Positions 1 through 13,448 of a DNA stretch of 64,000 nt are shown one piece after another. The number at the start of each line of letters is the position of its first letter. Position 1 is the stretch's first letter. The position numbers and the translations under genes are program-made. Source of the stretch: Balanoglossus misakiensis (lineage: Eukaryota > Animalia > Hemichordata); the NCBI GenBank assembly GCA_040954595.2, contig CM082579.2:7181625-7245624 (forward strand). The letters run 5' to 3'. The notes under the pieces were generated by a model that was given only the letters and a program-made list of their open reading frames with translations, was not told the DNA's origin and did not search any database.

Positions 1-311
1 CCATGCAGTCACGCTGTGTGACACCCTTTATCAGCTGAAAGGGTTAAAGGGACATTTGTGATGCACAGACGAACTTTAGTTTCCCAACAAACAGTTTTGT
101 GCATAGACGAATGCCTGTTTTTAACAAATATATGCCTTTAAAGAATAATTTGATTGGACCAATAGTTGTACGGACAAAGCTGTGAAGCTTAAAATATAGA
201 ATTCTTCACAACCATGTTGATGTATTCTTTCTGTCTCAGCCAATTCTTGAGGTTGCCTTGGTAACACTGTTGCTTTAATCCATGCACTGGTTATTCTTTC
301 TCTGCCTACAG

Positions 312-3300
312 CTTCTGGGGTTCATGTACGGCTGGTTGACCTTCTATCATCAAGGTAAGACATGATTTCCATTTCTGGTACAACCATGACCATTTTAAGA
401 ATAGCATTTTCCTTATTAGGGTAAACTGTTTGTTCCTGGTGTCAAATCATCCACTGTGTCAGTCAAAATGTATGGTGTACGTACAGTACACTTATTTTCA
501 CATGATTGATAGTGTCTGTGAACAGATTTTGGAATGGGCCCATAGAAATACTGATCACATAGGCTACAGTTTTGCAAGGACTGGTATAATGAGTTCAGGA
601 TGACTTTGACAGTACCGTGCTACATTTTTTTTATGGGAAGTCTGTTAGGCCTGTGCCATTCAACTTTAACAAAGTCACTGACCGTGGAAGTCAGTGACTG
701 GAAAAAGTGGAAGCTAAACAGTGTCCGCGCATTACGTTTTCTAAGTGACACGTGAAGAGATCAGCGAGCAAACAGTCTGACAAGTACATTTAGGGGGATA
801 ATATGCCACATGTGTGTGCAGAACAGGGCTGGAGTTTGACAGGTTTCATCTATAATCCCACACTTAGCACAACACACCATTGTGGCCAGACTGACAAGTA
901 TCACAGCTGAGGTGTCGCGACTTTCGGCAAACGTGTGAGACTTTTCATGTCGTTTATAAAGGAAATTCCTGCCTTTTATTGAGCGGTGTAACATCAGCGC
1001 ACACCTTAGCTGCCAGCTCGCCTGGGAAAAATAGTGGTCTGATTGTTAGACCTGCGAGTTGACGGCAAACATGGATACGATGATTTATGTCCGTTTCCCT
1101 CTGAGTGCTAATAGATTGAAAAGTTGTTGATTTTTACGCGACCTCAGTTGCTAGTCGGTCGTCATCTGTGGAGGGCATGAAGGCATTGTAAGGCTCTTTC
1201 TCGCTCCTGCTGCCTGAAAACTGTGTTTATTAAACATAATAAAAAAAATTACTAGTATGTTATAATACATATGCATATGCATAGGTAATGTATGCATGGG
1301 CAGTGTCAATTAATATTAAGATGTTGTTGACACAATATTCATATTTGAATGTATTTAACAGGTCATGAACTCAGAAAAGAATTCAAACCGTACATGACAG
1401 ACCTGCAGTTGAAGTTACAGAATGTAAGTTCCTAACAGAATTATTCAAATTGTACTAAAATTCTATCTCCTTGCCATCCATCAGTCTCATGAATCTCAAA
1501 GAGTCTTCTATCTTCTTGCCATCTGCCTGAGTCTCACTGAAGTATTATTATTTTCTGTTTCAGACCAGAGACAATTTCAACAACACACGGGAAGAAACTG
1601 AAAGTTTGATGAAGAAAATGCAAGAGGTGGGTGTGGTGACAGTAGACAAGACGAAAAAGCGTCTGCCACCTGTTGCGTCTTGTTTGATGTGACATAGAAA
1701 TTATCTTCATTTTCCAATGCAGGGGTTTGTTCCCTGTTGCAGGGGTTAGGTGTTGAGGCATAGCAGATTAGGCATACTGTCATCCATCTGTTTCATTTAT
1801 CATACCAGATGTCATTTTTTTTTGTCAATCGCAATGTGTCAGACAGTCTGACTGTGTTTGCGTGAGGGTCAGATGGCTGTAGCTAATGAGGCGAGACACC
1901 AGTAAAACACACAGCCTCATGGGATCATTTTAACAGCGTTTTGTTGGTTTTCATTTTCTCTGGTTGCAGAGGCCACAGGATGGCAAGGCACCAAGACTGT
2001 ACTCCAGACAAGGTTATCTCTTCATATTTGAGAAACGTAAGTAAACGTAGATGTTTCAGCAAGCGGTCTTTCTCATTCACTGGGTGTGAAAGTAGAGGTT
2101 CCCTGTAAATTAATTTATGCAACAGGGTAACCTACTGATTTTCAAAGTACACATCAGTGATGTGTTGTTTGTGGGAGAGATAGTGGTAATATTACTTTTT
2201 TGTTTCTCTGTAGGTGCCATTGGTTCTACATGGGTGAAACACTATTGCATGTACCAGAAAGAGAATAAAATATTTGTGAGCGTGCCATTCACGCAAGCCC
2301 AAAGCAAACTTGGTACATCAGAAACCCTTCACATTACAACATGTGTCAGGTGAGTGGACGATACAATAAAAAATAGCTGGATATCTGTAGATTAAAGTTC
2401 CAGTGTGAAAAATGATATGCAGGCAGATTAAGTGAATTAGATGTTGAATGTTTTATACATGTATGTGCTCTATTATTATCTATGTCAATGTTATTTATAG
2501 CTCTTATGAAATTTAGATTTTTGTCAGTATGGGCTTTTGCCTTAATATGAATGGTTGCTTATCATGTACTCGTCAATGATATTTGCATGGATTCTTCACA
2601 CACATGAATATATTGTGGCCAATAATACAGATGTATATGGATCCATGTTATTTTTGATTTCTTTTTCAGGAGAATGGCAGAATCAATAGACAAGAGATTT
2701 TGCTTTGATGTCACAGTCAGTGAAAGGTGAGTTAATAATATTTGAGAGCATTTAATCTGTAATGTTACACTCTGTTTTATATATGCATATTAACTTCACA
2801 AGATATATTTTATATCATGTCACAGTTGAACCGTATAAAAACTGTTGATTCAGCATTTCATAGGCAGAACATTATACTTAGTGTATAAAAACACAAAATG
2901 ACCCAATTTACATACACCCATATGTGGTTAATAGACCAAGTTAAAGCTAATGAAGCTTTTAGGTAACAAGAGTGTTCATTGGCTCTGCAGGCCGGGTTCC
3001 ATCACACTGCAGGCAGCAACTGAAGAAGAGAGACGATTATGGCTGGAAGCTATGGATGGGAAAGAACCGGTAAGTATTCCACTCACAGTTAGTTTAACCC
3101 TTTCTCCACCCATGGTTCAGTCCAGAGTGGATATTATGACAAAATAATACAGTATTTCAACATGGTAACAAATGTTATCAAACACGGATGAATTATTTGA
3201 TAACTGTTTTCTGTTATTGGAAAACTATTTTATAATTATTGATTTCAAAGCAAGTTTTATTTCCTATTGAAAATAAGCAATGTCTGTGTTGCTTTTGGAA

Positions 3301-6300
3301 TCCATAACTGTGTGAATATTGCACAAGACACAGTGAATTAAAAAAAATGTATCTTTTATTTTTCAAGATTTACATCCAGCCTGGAAGGACTGCAACCACA
3401 GAAGAGAGTAAGTATCTGTCTGTCAGCTTTTACCCTTTCACTCCCAGTTCCCTGTATAGCAACAGTTCTGATGACGTGGTTTTATATGGATCAGCACAAA
3501 AAGAACGCATACCACGTGACTATCGATTGATGAATGAGAACACAGAATATGGATGAGGTGTGATACAATGAGTTCTGATGCCTGCTTCATTTGCGTGTCC
3601 ATTACAGATCTGTTGAATGATATTGGAGCCACTTTTATCAAGAGGTGTATAGACGCCATCGAAGGCAGGGGTGAGTACTCCGATGATAAGGTTGGTAGTT
3701 CACTGATCACTGATCACTTTACAAATTACAGCTGTACCAATGATTGTTCGTACATCTGTGAACTGATGAGCACATTGCATGTTCTTACATCTCTGCAGGA
3801 CTACATGAGCAAGGCCTGTACAGGGTCGTCGGTGTCAACTCCAAGGTCAATAAGTTAATGAATATGTGTTTAGGTAAGTCCAATAGCAGACTAGTTGGAT
3901 GCCACTATCATCATCAGTGAAAAAATATTACTTGCCATTTGCTGACTTGACAAGTTTTCTACCTTATAAATGGTGATATTTGTACATGAAATATTTACAC
4001 ACATGAAATTAATGGTGATGTTTTATAATATTTCTCTTCAAAGACAAAAGGAAAGCAGACAAAGTGAACTTGGATGACCCTGGAGAATGGGAGGTGAAGA
4101 CCATAACCAGTGCTCTCAAAACCTATTTCAGGTATGGGCGGCTGTCAGTATTTGAACTTGGCATATTTCATCGCTGATGTTTACCTCAGAAACCATAGTG
4201 ACTGTTGAAAATGAATACACATAGTTCAGGGACTACCTCTTTCATAGTGGAGTTTAATTAACTAAATTAACATACCAACTTTTCCACTGATAATACTCAG
4301 ACTCTGGTTTCTGCTTCTCGTCTTTTCAGGAATCTACCCGAACCGTTGATGACATTCAAATGCCACGATGACTTCGTCACGGCCGCCAAGAAGGAATCAA
4401 GAACACTGAGAATAAATGACATACACGCCGTCGTTCACCAACTTCCAGAATCCAACTTTGAAATGCTAGAACTACTTATTGCCCATCTTCACAGGTGTGT
4501 TATAGACCTCATACATACATACATACATACATACATACATACATACATACAATCATGTACATGTATATGATATGTACATTCATACATGTACATAAATACA
4601 CATAAATACATACACACGCATTTTACAATGACATCTAAATACATATACATGTATAGGGGTAGATTTATGAAAAAAACTACGATGTGCTGTTTTAATGCAT
4701 AATGTGTGTATATATTGTTTGGCAGAGTTGCTCTGAACTGTGACAAGAATTTGATGACCACACCAAACTTAGGGGTTTGTTTTGGTCCAACGCTGATGAG
4801 ACCAGAGGAAGAAACGGTAGCTGCAATCATGGAAATCAAATTTTGTAATATTGTCGTAGAAATCTTGATCAATGAATATGAAAAAGTAAGTAATAGGGTT
4901 GGAGTGAACTTTTTATTCAAGTTTGAACTATTTGGTACAGAACATGAATTTGCTACATTTGATGTCATGTCCTTGATGCTTGCATGAAATGGTATTGCAT
5001 CCCCTTCATTCCCAAATTGTGGTTCAGCCTTCACCACTCAGACTATTCAGACTTCCCCACTCTGAAATGGGGGTGAAAGGGTGAAAACATGGAAAAAATA
5101 ATTTTCATACCATTTTGTTCCCAATGTTTAGATTTTCAAGACCCCTCCGGACGGGGTGGAATTCGAAAAATCCAAAGTGCTACCACCATCAACGCCACCG
5201 ATGTTGACCCTGTCGACACCACCACCCCGATCGCACAAACCACAAGCCCCACAACCACCGGTACAGGTTCCACAGACAGTGCAGCAGCCCAAGGCACAGC
5301 AACAGTGGGGACAGTTGCAACCGTTGTCCTCCCAACCACCTGCCAATCTGAGAAAACCCAACAGACCAAGAGGTATATATAATTCAGGTGATTGTAAGTT
5401 TTTCTTTACTATTTGATCTGTACATTTACTGTAAAAGGTCATCTCAGTAACGCTGGAGCATCATGCAAGGCTAGGCAAGTATGGCATTTACTAATACTAA
5501 TACATTTACTAAAGCTTTTAAAACTGCTGTTTTGATTGGTTATGGTGGTTTTTGATAGTCATCTGTTATCTAATCAAATCTAACGATAGAGCAGTCTCCT
5601 CTGGCTTAGTCCAGAAAAATAAGACGTACATTGTTTTGCAGAAAGGTTAATTTGATTGGTTGTGGTAACTTTATATCTAATCATGTAGTGCAATGGTGAT
5701 ATCTGTGACCAGGCCCAATATGATCTGCATCATGGAGTTGAGGTGTATACCTTTCATCCATCCAGTCTTTCCAATCATAGAAATGGTCTCTCAGATCAGA
5801 ATAGAGATTTATAGTTGTCTTTGCTAAGAATGTGTTTTTTTTTCTGATTTCTGTTCCCGGCTTCAGATTCCAACCCTGAAAACCAGTTCACCGGAAGCAG
5901 CAGCAGCAGTTCAGAATCCATCAGCTCCCGATCATCATCGACCACCTATTCCTCCACATCTTCACCACCAGCTAACAAAAAGAACCATTCCAATGCGGGT
6001 AAGATCAAGAAGTCCCTAAAATCTCCACTAAAGAGACTGGGTAAGATTCATCAAATTAAACAACAAAATACCATTTGGCATGATTAGACAAATCTCTCCC
6101 CCACTACCCCTACTTCAATAGTACGGTAGATCCCCATTCTTCCAAAACAAAAACAAAATTCAAAATTCCTATTCTTTATGTTTTCCTTCTGAATCACTTT
6201 AGTTTCTCTTCTGCTTGTTTTACACGTCCCGTGATTTATTCCAAACTAGAAAGCGTTCCTGCTTATTTGTGTTTAATACTCATTCTTTTTTGTGGAGTAG

Positions 6301-9300
6301 ACATCTGGCATATTGCTATTATTTGCATTGTTTTTTATTATTGATAACCTGTTTGAGCAGATTTCTGCCGATGATTGTTGGTTGCGTGTGATGAAATGCC
6401 GCGTGGAATGGTCTGGTTATCTGACTGTGAGGCCAGAAGTGAAAACAAAATGATCGATGTGGGATCCAATGTTTTAGTCTTACCATCAGGGACAACTACC
6501 CTCTGTGTCACTTTGCACTGTACACATAATGCTCAAGTGTTTGTAAATTTAGTATTGTTTTTCTTTTCTCGTTAATGTGTGCATTGATTGTATTTCTCTC
6601 TGATGAAAATAATGCCTTCTTTTTTTTTTGCGATGTTGCTTGTATGTGTGTGTATGTCACGTGATATTTTCTATCAGTGTGCCGCGCTCTTCATGTATGC
6701 AATGTGAAGTCCAACGTGTGTTAAAAAGGGGTGCATTCATTACCTGGTGTGCGGGTCATACAATGTCTTTTTGAATGCCGTGGACATCTCGTATGTGCTG
6801 CTGCTGAGGATCCACTGTTCTTTTCTTCGGAGTTTTCCAAAGCTGAAACTTTTCCTATCCTGGTGCTGCCTTTCCCTTGATTTTTGTCACAATCCACGGA
6901 TCAATGTAAAATCCCTATCCCGACACTGGCGCCCCCTCACTCTGCGCAGTCTGTTCCCTCCTATCTCCAGAGTGGTTGTGCCCATTCATTTATAGGAACA
7001 GGATCATACTAATATTACACAGGGGGGGATTAGGGTGTGAGGTCGGAGGTGGCAACATATTTTCCCAATGGTGTGTGATAATACTTTAATATGCAATGTA
7101 ACATAGTATACATTACCAGTAGAGCATTTATGTAAAATATAACAGGGTTTATACGCTCTGTGGAACACTTGGAAAATCATGGAATCTGAAACCACTCCCA
7201 GAACGTCCTGAAAAGGAAAATTGAACCACATGTGATTGTGCATAAATTCAGAATTAATGTCTGTGAAATCATAATGTCAATCAAAGCATAATATTTAGCA
7301 ACATTTCCTCTGTTTTATTTCAACTAACTACCGAGAATTTGTTTGCATTTCTGAACTTTTGAGTGAACAGAGTGTATGAACCCTGTTCAAGTAATTGCAT
7401 GGCATTTTCACAGCATGTCCCCTTAGTACCGCAACCTTCATTGTTAGAAGACTTTCATCATCGGTTACAACTGGTAGAACACCAAGGGATGAGCAGATCA
7501 ATGTAGTATTGGGTACGGGGTGTTCAAGGGGTTAATAGCTACATACATGTAATGTAATGATGTTAAAATGTGAATATACTAACCCGCACAGTAATCTCTA
7601 TCTCCTTTCCTTCCAACACTGGCTTCTCCCACCGTAGCCAGGAGATCTATGCCGCTGATGCATCATCTCTATGGTAACCAAATCTCCGTAACATCCGTTA
7701 CAAATCTCCATCCTAAATGTGGCAAACCCCCGTGTATTTTTTTTTTGTCTGTCTCCGTCTTCCCCTTCCCTGCTTGTCTGCATGGTGTGTTGAGTTCAAA
7801 CCAGGAGACCTTGCATGCCCTTTTTTGTCTAACTTTGTGTATTATTACAGTTAACTCTCCCACAGTCTTTATCGGTGATGTAAGTATAGTTCAACTCGAG
7901 TCCTCACCCACCTTACACCGCCAAGGTGAGACAACACCACTGTTTTACTTTCTGATTTTCTTTCTTTGCCATGTCTTCCTGTTTTGACTCTGTCCTACAC
8001 AACACACATCTCACAGGTGGAGGGTTTTAGTTTTATTTCTTTATTTTCTTTCTAGTTCTGTCTTGATTATAGTATTTTTTCTTCTGTTACGTTATATTTT
8101 ACATGCCCTGTGTCTCACACATTCACTTCATCTTGCTAACCATACAATGTTTAACTTTTTTTGCACTGTATGTATCACAGACCTTTTAGTTCTGTTTTAA
8201 GCTCAGTGATGTACAATCAATGTATTGTACAGTTTTAAAGGCATATATAGCACTTAAGTACAGTACATGCTGTCTCCAGCAGTCCCCCAAGCAAGGCTAC
8301 AGCACAGAAAAATGAATTACACATAGGGTGGTGATACTAACAGGTAGTGAGTCGCCCATTCTGACAGACCTGTTTATACATGTTGAGCTGCCAAGTACAT
8401 TTTTTCGTGATCAAACACAGTTGTAGGGACGATAGCTTATAACCAGGAAGTCAGTGAAATGCTAAGTTTGATATTGTTGTTATTTTCTGTACTGATCTTC
8501 ATTCCGCATGTGTTTTGTTGATTTCTAGCACGCTCCAATTCATCTAATTCATCGAATAGCAGTGTGTCTGGTGGAGCTCCCCTGGCTAGACCCGATCACC
8601 TGTAAGTACTATACATCTCACAGCTCCAAGCCTCCATAGCCCTGGAATTTTAATATGGAAAGTCTTGAAAATCACTATTCAAAATGTATGGATCTTGTCA
8701 TACTGAAATGTTATACTGAAAAGGTGAGATTTTTTTGCAAATCCAGCTATTATTGGTGACAAATCGCAGTGACACTGGTAATGTTTACTTGCAGACCGAT
8801 ATCTGAAAGTGGTAAGTCGCCGATGGAGGAGAGAGGGAGGCTTTCATCGTCCACGTCTCTGTCCGCTAGTGGAACTGGAACTCCAACGACGTGAGTACAC
8901 ACTCTCTTTCATCATCCACTCTTGAAAATAATGAGTTTATCCAAAATGATGTCCGTCATTCTCTCATTCCTGTAGAAGAAAATATTGGTTTGCATCAGCA
9001 TTTTATTTCATATTTCCGTTGATGTTTACTGATAGCATACCATTAAATTTTATTTCTCATTTTTTTCCTTTTTTTTTCTTTCATTGACAGGCCAGATACA
9101 CCCGACTCCTTTAAGTATGTTCCATCATCCTTTGTTTTTATTCATCTCTCCATTTCATTTTTATTTTCCATGGAATAGTTGCATGTTATACTAACAGAAC
9201 AAGAATTGCAGTAATCATAGTATTTTTTACCCATGCAGATATGATGACAAGCTAAATGCCAAGCCTCTCAACATGCTTTGGGGAGTAGAACAATAAACTG

Positions 9301-10009
9301 AATATACGCCCCAATATCGTCGCAAAAATCACAGTATTAACCCTTCTACATGTGGTACACACCTAGAAACTAATATGATGAACTTCTGATCGTAGTATTG
9401 AAATTAAACTTTTTTTGTGCCCTTTGATAAAATGCAGGAAATAAGAAATGATGATGATGTGTCCTGTGTTGTTTTGCTTTTTTTATTAACAGTGTATGCT
9501 TTCTGTTGTTTTTTAGAACTACGGGTTTGTGTGTACGGACTTTGTATGCGTGTGAAGCAGAGAATGAAAGTGAATTATCATTTCAACCAAACCAAATTAT
9601 CTATAATGGTAAGTATAGGAAGAAAAATGATAGCCCTATAAAAACTCCCATCTGTACATGAAAAACATCAGTGCTACGTAATAGTTGTTAATAGCTACCA
9701 GTCTGAATGCTTTGATAACATAGTGGTTGGGGCTTCATTAGTATACTGTGATGATGATGATGATGGTGGTGGTTGTGGTTGTGGTGGTGATGATGGTGAT
9801 GATGATGACGATGACGACGATGGTGATGATGGTGATGATGATGATGACGATGATGGTAGTGTACTTTATTGATTGATTGATTGATTGATCAATTGATTCT
9901 GTTTGTTATTTCAGTCCATCCGTCTAAAGAACCAGGTTGGTTAGAAGGAACACTCAATGGTAAATATGGACTCATACCTGAAAATTATGTGGAAGTCCTT
10001 CAGACATAG
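312..10009 (+). CDS. ARHGAP26: GRAF-family Rho GTPase-activating protein (BAR-PH-RhoGAP-SH3), 5'-partial; invertebrate co-ortholog of ARHGAP26/ARHGAP10/ARHGAP42/OPHN1
   Basis: Phase-consistent GT-AG exons: 312-354, 1362-1423, 1564-1626 (BAR end: [46 protein letters not shown]); 1970-2036, 2214-2349, 2670-2726, 2991-3069 (PH: [47 protein letters not shown]); 3368-3407, 3608-3670, 3799-3873, 4044-4131, 4330-4494, 4726-4885 (RhoGAP: [12 protein letters not shown] arginine finger, [41 protein letters not shown]); 5132-5393 (or 5387), 5867-6040, 8529-8601, 8795-8890, 9091-9114 (Pro/Ser-rich linker); 9517-9608, 9915-10009 (SH3: [41 protein letters not shown] stop). The start codon lies upstream of the window. 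The vertebrate paralog symbol is nominal. Confidence 0.93.
4511..4551. repeat. (TACA)n microsatellite
   Basis: About 10 perfect units, followed by a degenerate TA/CA-rich tract, in a GRAF intron. Confidence 0.95.
7638..7673 (+). CDS. candidate alternative cassette exon of the GRAF gene (36 nt, phase 1-1)
   Basis: Long pyrimidine tract ending ccgtag, open frame (A)[11 protein letters not shown](G), donor gtaacc; frame-preserving between exons 5867-6040 and 8529-8601. Confidence 0.4.
7851..7925 (+). CDS. candidate alternative cassette exon of the GRAF gene (75 nt, phase 1-1)
   Basis: attattacag acceptor, open frame (V)[24 protein letters not shown](G), ccaag|gtgag donor; frame-preserving. Confidence 0.4.
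9748..9898. repeat. compound (GAT/GGT/GAC)n plus (TTGA)n microsatellite
   Basis: Directly visible in the last GRAF intron, just upstream of the acceptor at 9914. Confidence 0.9.
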
Positions 10010-13000
10010 CTGTCATGGTGACATCCTACTGGTACTGGATAATCACCACCGTAGTCATATTAATCTTGAGAGCAGATTTCCTACGACAGCTTGTTACGTG
10101 ATAGTGACATTTCCATTTTGGTATTCACATTGTCACACACATGACAAGCTGTCCCGGGGCTGCAGTTTAATTTTTATAAAGGAAATTCCGACTGAGTTTT
10201 GATCAGTCACAGTGTATATGTATTTTTTTTTTCTGAATTATACAATAATCATGAGCATTATGCTAATTTCATGTAGAATTCATCTGTCTATGTGATTTAC
10301 AGTTCATCTTTTGTAAGCTGAACCATTTGATGGTGCCACATATGTGTAGAATTATTATACATTGAACAATTTGAATTTAAAATAAACAAAAGAAGTCCAC
10401 ATCTCTGGCACCAATGGCACTGCATGACAATAGGTTCCTAGATGCCCAGCTTTTTTCACTGGTTGCATGATTTTTTTAGCTACAGTTTTGTAAAGCGACT
10501 GATAATCTGGCTGGAGTGATATTCAGACCGTGACCCAAATACCTTGATTAATTGACTCTTCATTGAGGGAGGTATGATGTATGTAATGGGGCTGGATTTT
10601 TTTTTCTTTTATCAATACAGATTATCAAGTGCCATATTGTGTCTTATATGATTTCTTTCCTGATCTATAACCTTTGACCCAATCCAGTCTATTGCCAGTC
10701 TTCATTCAATGCTATGTTTCTGTGTTTGTGCCTAATTCATATTCGGGATATAAAATGGCCATCACCCAATCAGCGGGCTGCTCTTAAATTGGCATTCCTT
10801 GAGCCAATAAGAGCCTGTCTAAGCCACTAGACCAAACTCGTAGATCCATATTAGGAAGTGTTTCAAATGTATTGGTCAACTATAAGAGTCTTTATCAGGA
10901 TATTTATCTTACTTCAAGAAAATCTTCTCAATAGATTTTAATTTCACTGCTCTACCAGCAAACGCAAACTAGAATTTCTAGGATTTTAAAATTTTATCAA
11001 TGGTATCTTGTTAGTATTTAACAACAAATTGAGTGACAAAAGAACCTTGCATTAAAATCTCCATCTATGAACATAATAAATTGTATGTATAGAATCTCAG
11101 GACCGATAATGCAGTCGGGTAGTCAACGAAGGAACAGGGCTGATATAGTGTACAAAGAGGCTATAAATAGTCCAATTATAAAACATTCCTTTGTTCATGG
11201 ATTCAGTATACTTTGAACCAAACTGATATTCCGGAAAGCATTTTTCTAGCATTGCATGGTCAGCCCTTGTAGGAAAAACGTAGCTCACCACAGAAAGAAC
11301 TGTTTTTCTGTCCTTTCATTTTGTTCAATTTTTTTTTTGCTGCTGTGTATTTTATCAAACATTTTGACATGTATTTTGTCTAATTATGTCTATATATGAC
11401 ATTTCTTTCTTTGTTGAAAAATGATGTTTTCAATTTATAGGTTTACATAAACTGACCTCTAACCAAACATGTCAATGCCATTCAAAGATTACATACCTTT
11501 CATGATTGTATTCCACTACATTTTTCTACTTGAAAAATTAAGTTAATTTGAAGTGTGGAAAATGCTTACATAAGACTGTGTCTGATAGGAAGATGAATAA
11601 CTCACTAGAATATGGTGGCCATTACAGCCAATCAAGGCAGTTCTTACAAAGGACAGCCTTGTTGTGAAGAAAGATTGTGTGTAGATCTGTGATATAGAAT
11701 GTAAATGATGCATGGGCTTCCAGATTTTTTGGTTGACAGCTTTTCTTCCAGGTCAGTATTCTTGCAAAATTATGTACAGATGTCTTCATGTGCTCTGAAA
11801 GGATTGAGTTTTACAGTAGTAAACTGCGGCCATTTCTGCTGCAGCTTTTGCTTAAAAATATTATTGGTAAATTCTTTGCCGCTATCCAATGTTTGTTTGA
11901 CAGTTGACAATGAATACTACTTAGTCTTTGAAACTAAAAGTCCAAAATATTTGAAGTTTATAAAAGGGAAGATTTACTTCATTGGAATTGCTGCTTATTC
12001 TGTAAGATAGGACGTAGGAAATGATGCATTGACTATTTCAGTTTTATTGCTTGAAACCTGTTGCTATTGGATGAGAAATTGTAGCATTGTAAGATTTTCA
12101 CACCAGTAAACAAATAGAGGAGAAACTGTGTTTTCTAAATGCATAATAGTCATTAAATTGCACACAGAGAAATCTCCAGTAAAATGTTCTTGTAGTAATA
12201 CCGGGTAACTTGGTCTGAAGACATTGTGGTGTTTACAAGTCTAGTTTGAACCCTTTCACCCCATTTTCACAGTGTCAATTCGACCCTGTGGAATGGGGCA
12301 AAAATATTGATGTTCAAACAAGCACTTGGTACTCTACCCACAAATGTTAGAAAAACACCACAAACTTCTGAGATAGCGATTACTAAAATTAGAATGTTTA
12401 ATATATGAGGCATTACACTTGATAAGTGCACCACATAGATTTGCCATGTCTTTCACTTTGACAAAGCATGAATTCAGGCAAATAGCCAAAGCAGTGTTTT
12501 ATAGGTAGAGTTGCAAATAGACAATGTTTTTAACCCAGTCATGTTGACTGAATTAACATGGGAAATACAGTCATCTCTATGTACCAGACTCATCAGTCAT
12601 TTCATAAATGAGAAATCCTGATCTTTGGTCTGTTTTTTCCACCCGTAGTCCATTTGTGTCGATAGGGAACTTGCCTATCTGCTCTCTTATTTGACATTTC
12701 CATAGAGATGTAAATAATTTTCCAGTATTGTATAGAAGTCGCACAGTAACCTGAACACTGGTGTAAATAGCTGCACTCTTAAAAAAACCCGTGGAATACT
12801 TACTTTTCACTTAATTCCAGTGTAGACCTGGGAAATTATCTTGATTCCTGTTTCCTTGATTATCTTTCCTGCTGAAATACGGGACAACATGAAAATATAC
12901 TGCTGGAATTTCCATTGGGATTTATTTTGTGGAAATGAAGGATTCCACATTGTGTAAATCATGCAAATTTTTAATACCTTCTGCAATAGCTAGGTAGTGT

Positions 13001-13060
13001 GGCAAAATAGATGTAATATAGTAAATGCCATTGTGAATAATAAATTTTGTAGCATTCAGA
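10010..13060 (+). other. probable long 3' UTR of the GRAF gene
   Basis: AT-rich sequence without recognisable coding potential after the stop; AATAAA at 10381 and 13039, the latter followed by a GT-rich tract (ttgtgtgtttc). Confidence 0.45.
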
Positions 13061-13329
13061 AATTATTGTGTGTTTCATCATGATAGGGTAGAAAAATGAG
13101 GTCATTCAAGGTCAACAATATGACTCAAATAGAAACTGTTCTTCCTGTAGCTTGATATAAACATTTTACTGGCGTTATTTTCAACATTTAGGCAAATAAA
13201 TGTGTCTTTTTTTATACAAGAATATGCAATGTTGTCAGAGTTTATGTTTTCATGCAGAGAGTCCTGCATGGTGCCTTAAAGGGCCAAAGTTACTAAGTTT
13301 TGACATTAATGGTCGGGTTTGTTAGCTTT

Positions 13330-13448
13330 CTGGGGGGGAGGGCGTGGGGGGGGGGGGGGGGGGGCTCGACTGTGGTCGATCAATCACAGCAAATTGGTTA
13401 TTTGGCGTTGAGGGCGCTCTTGCTAGCGTCAAGGTTGAAACTGACAAG
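13330..13448 (+). promoter_or_regulatory. NEIL3 proximal promoter / 5' UTR
   Basis: Locally GC/CpG-rich; G7 and G19 runs (13332-13364), inverted CCAAT (attgg ~13394), E2F-like TTTGGCG (13401), immediately upstream of ATG 13449. Confidence 0.55.
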
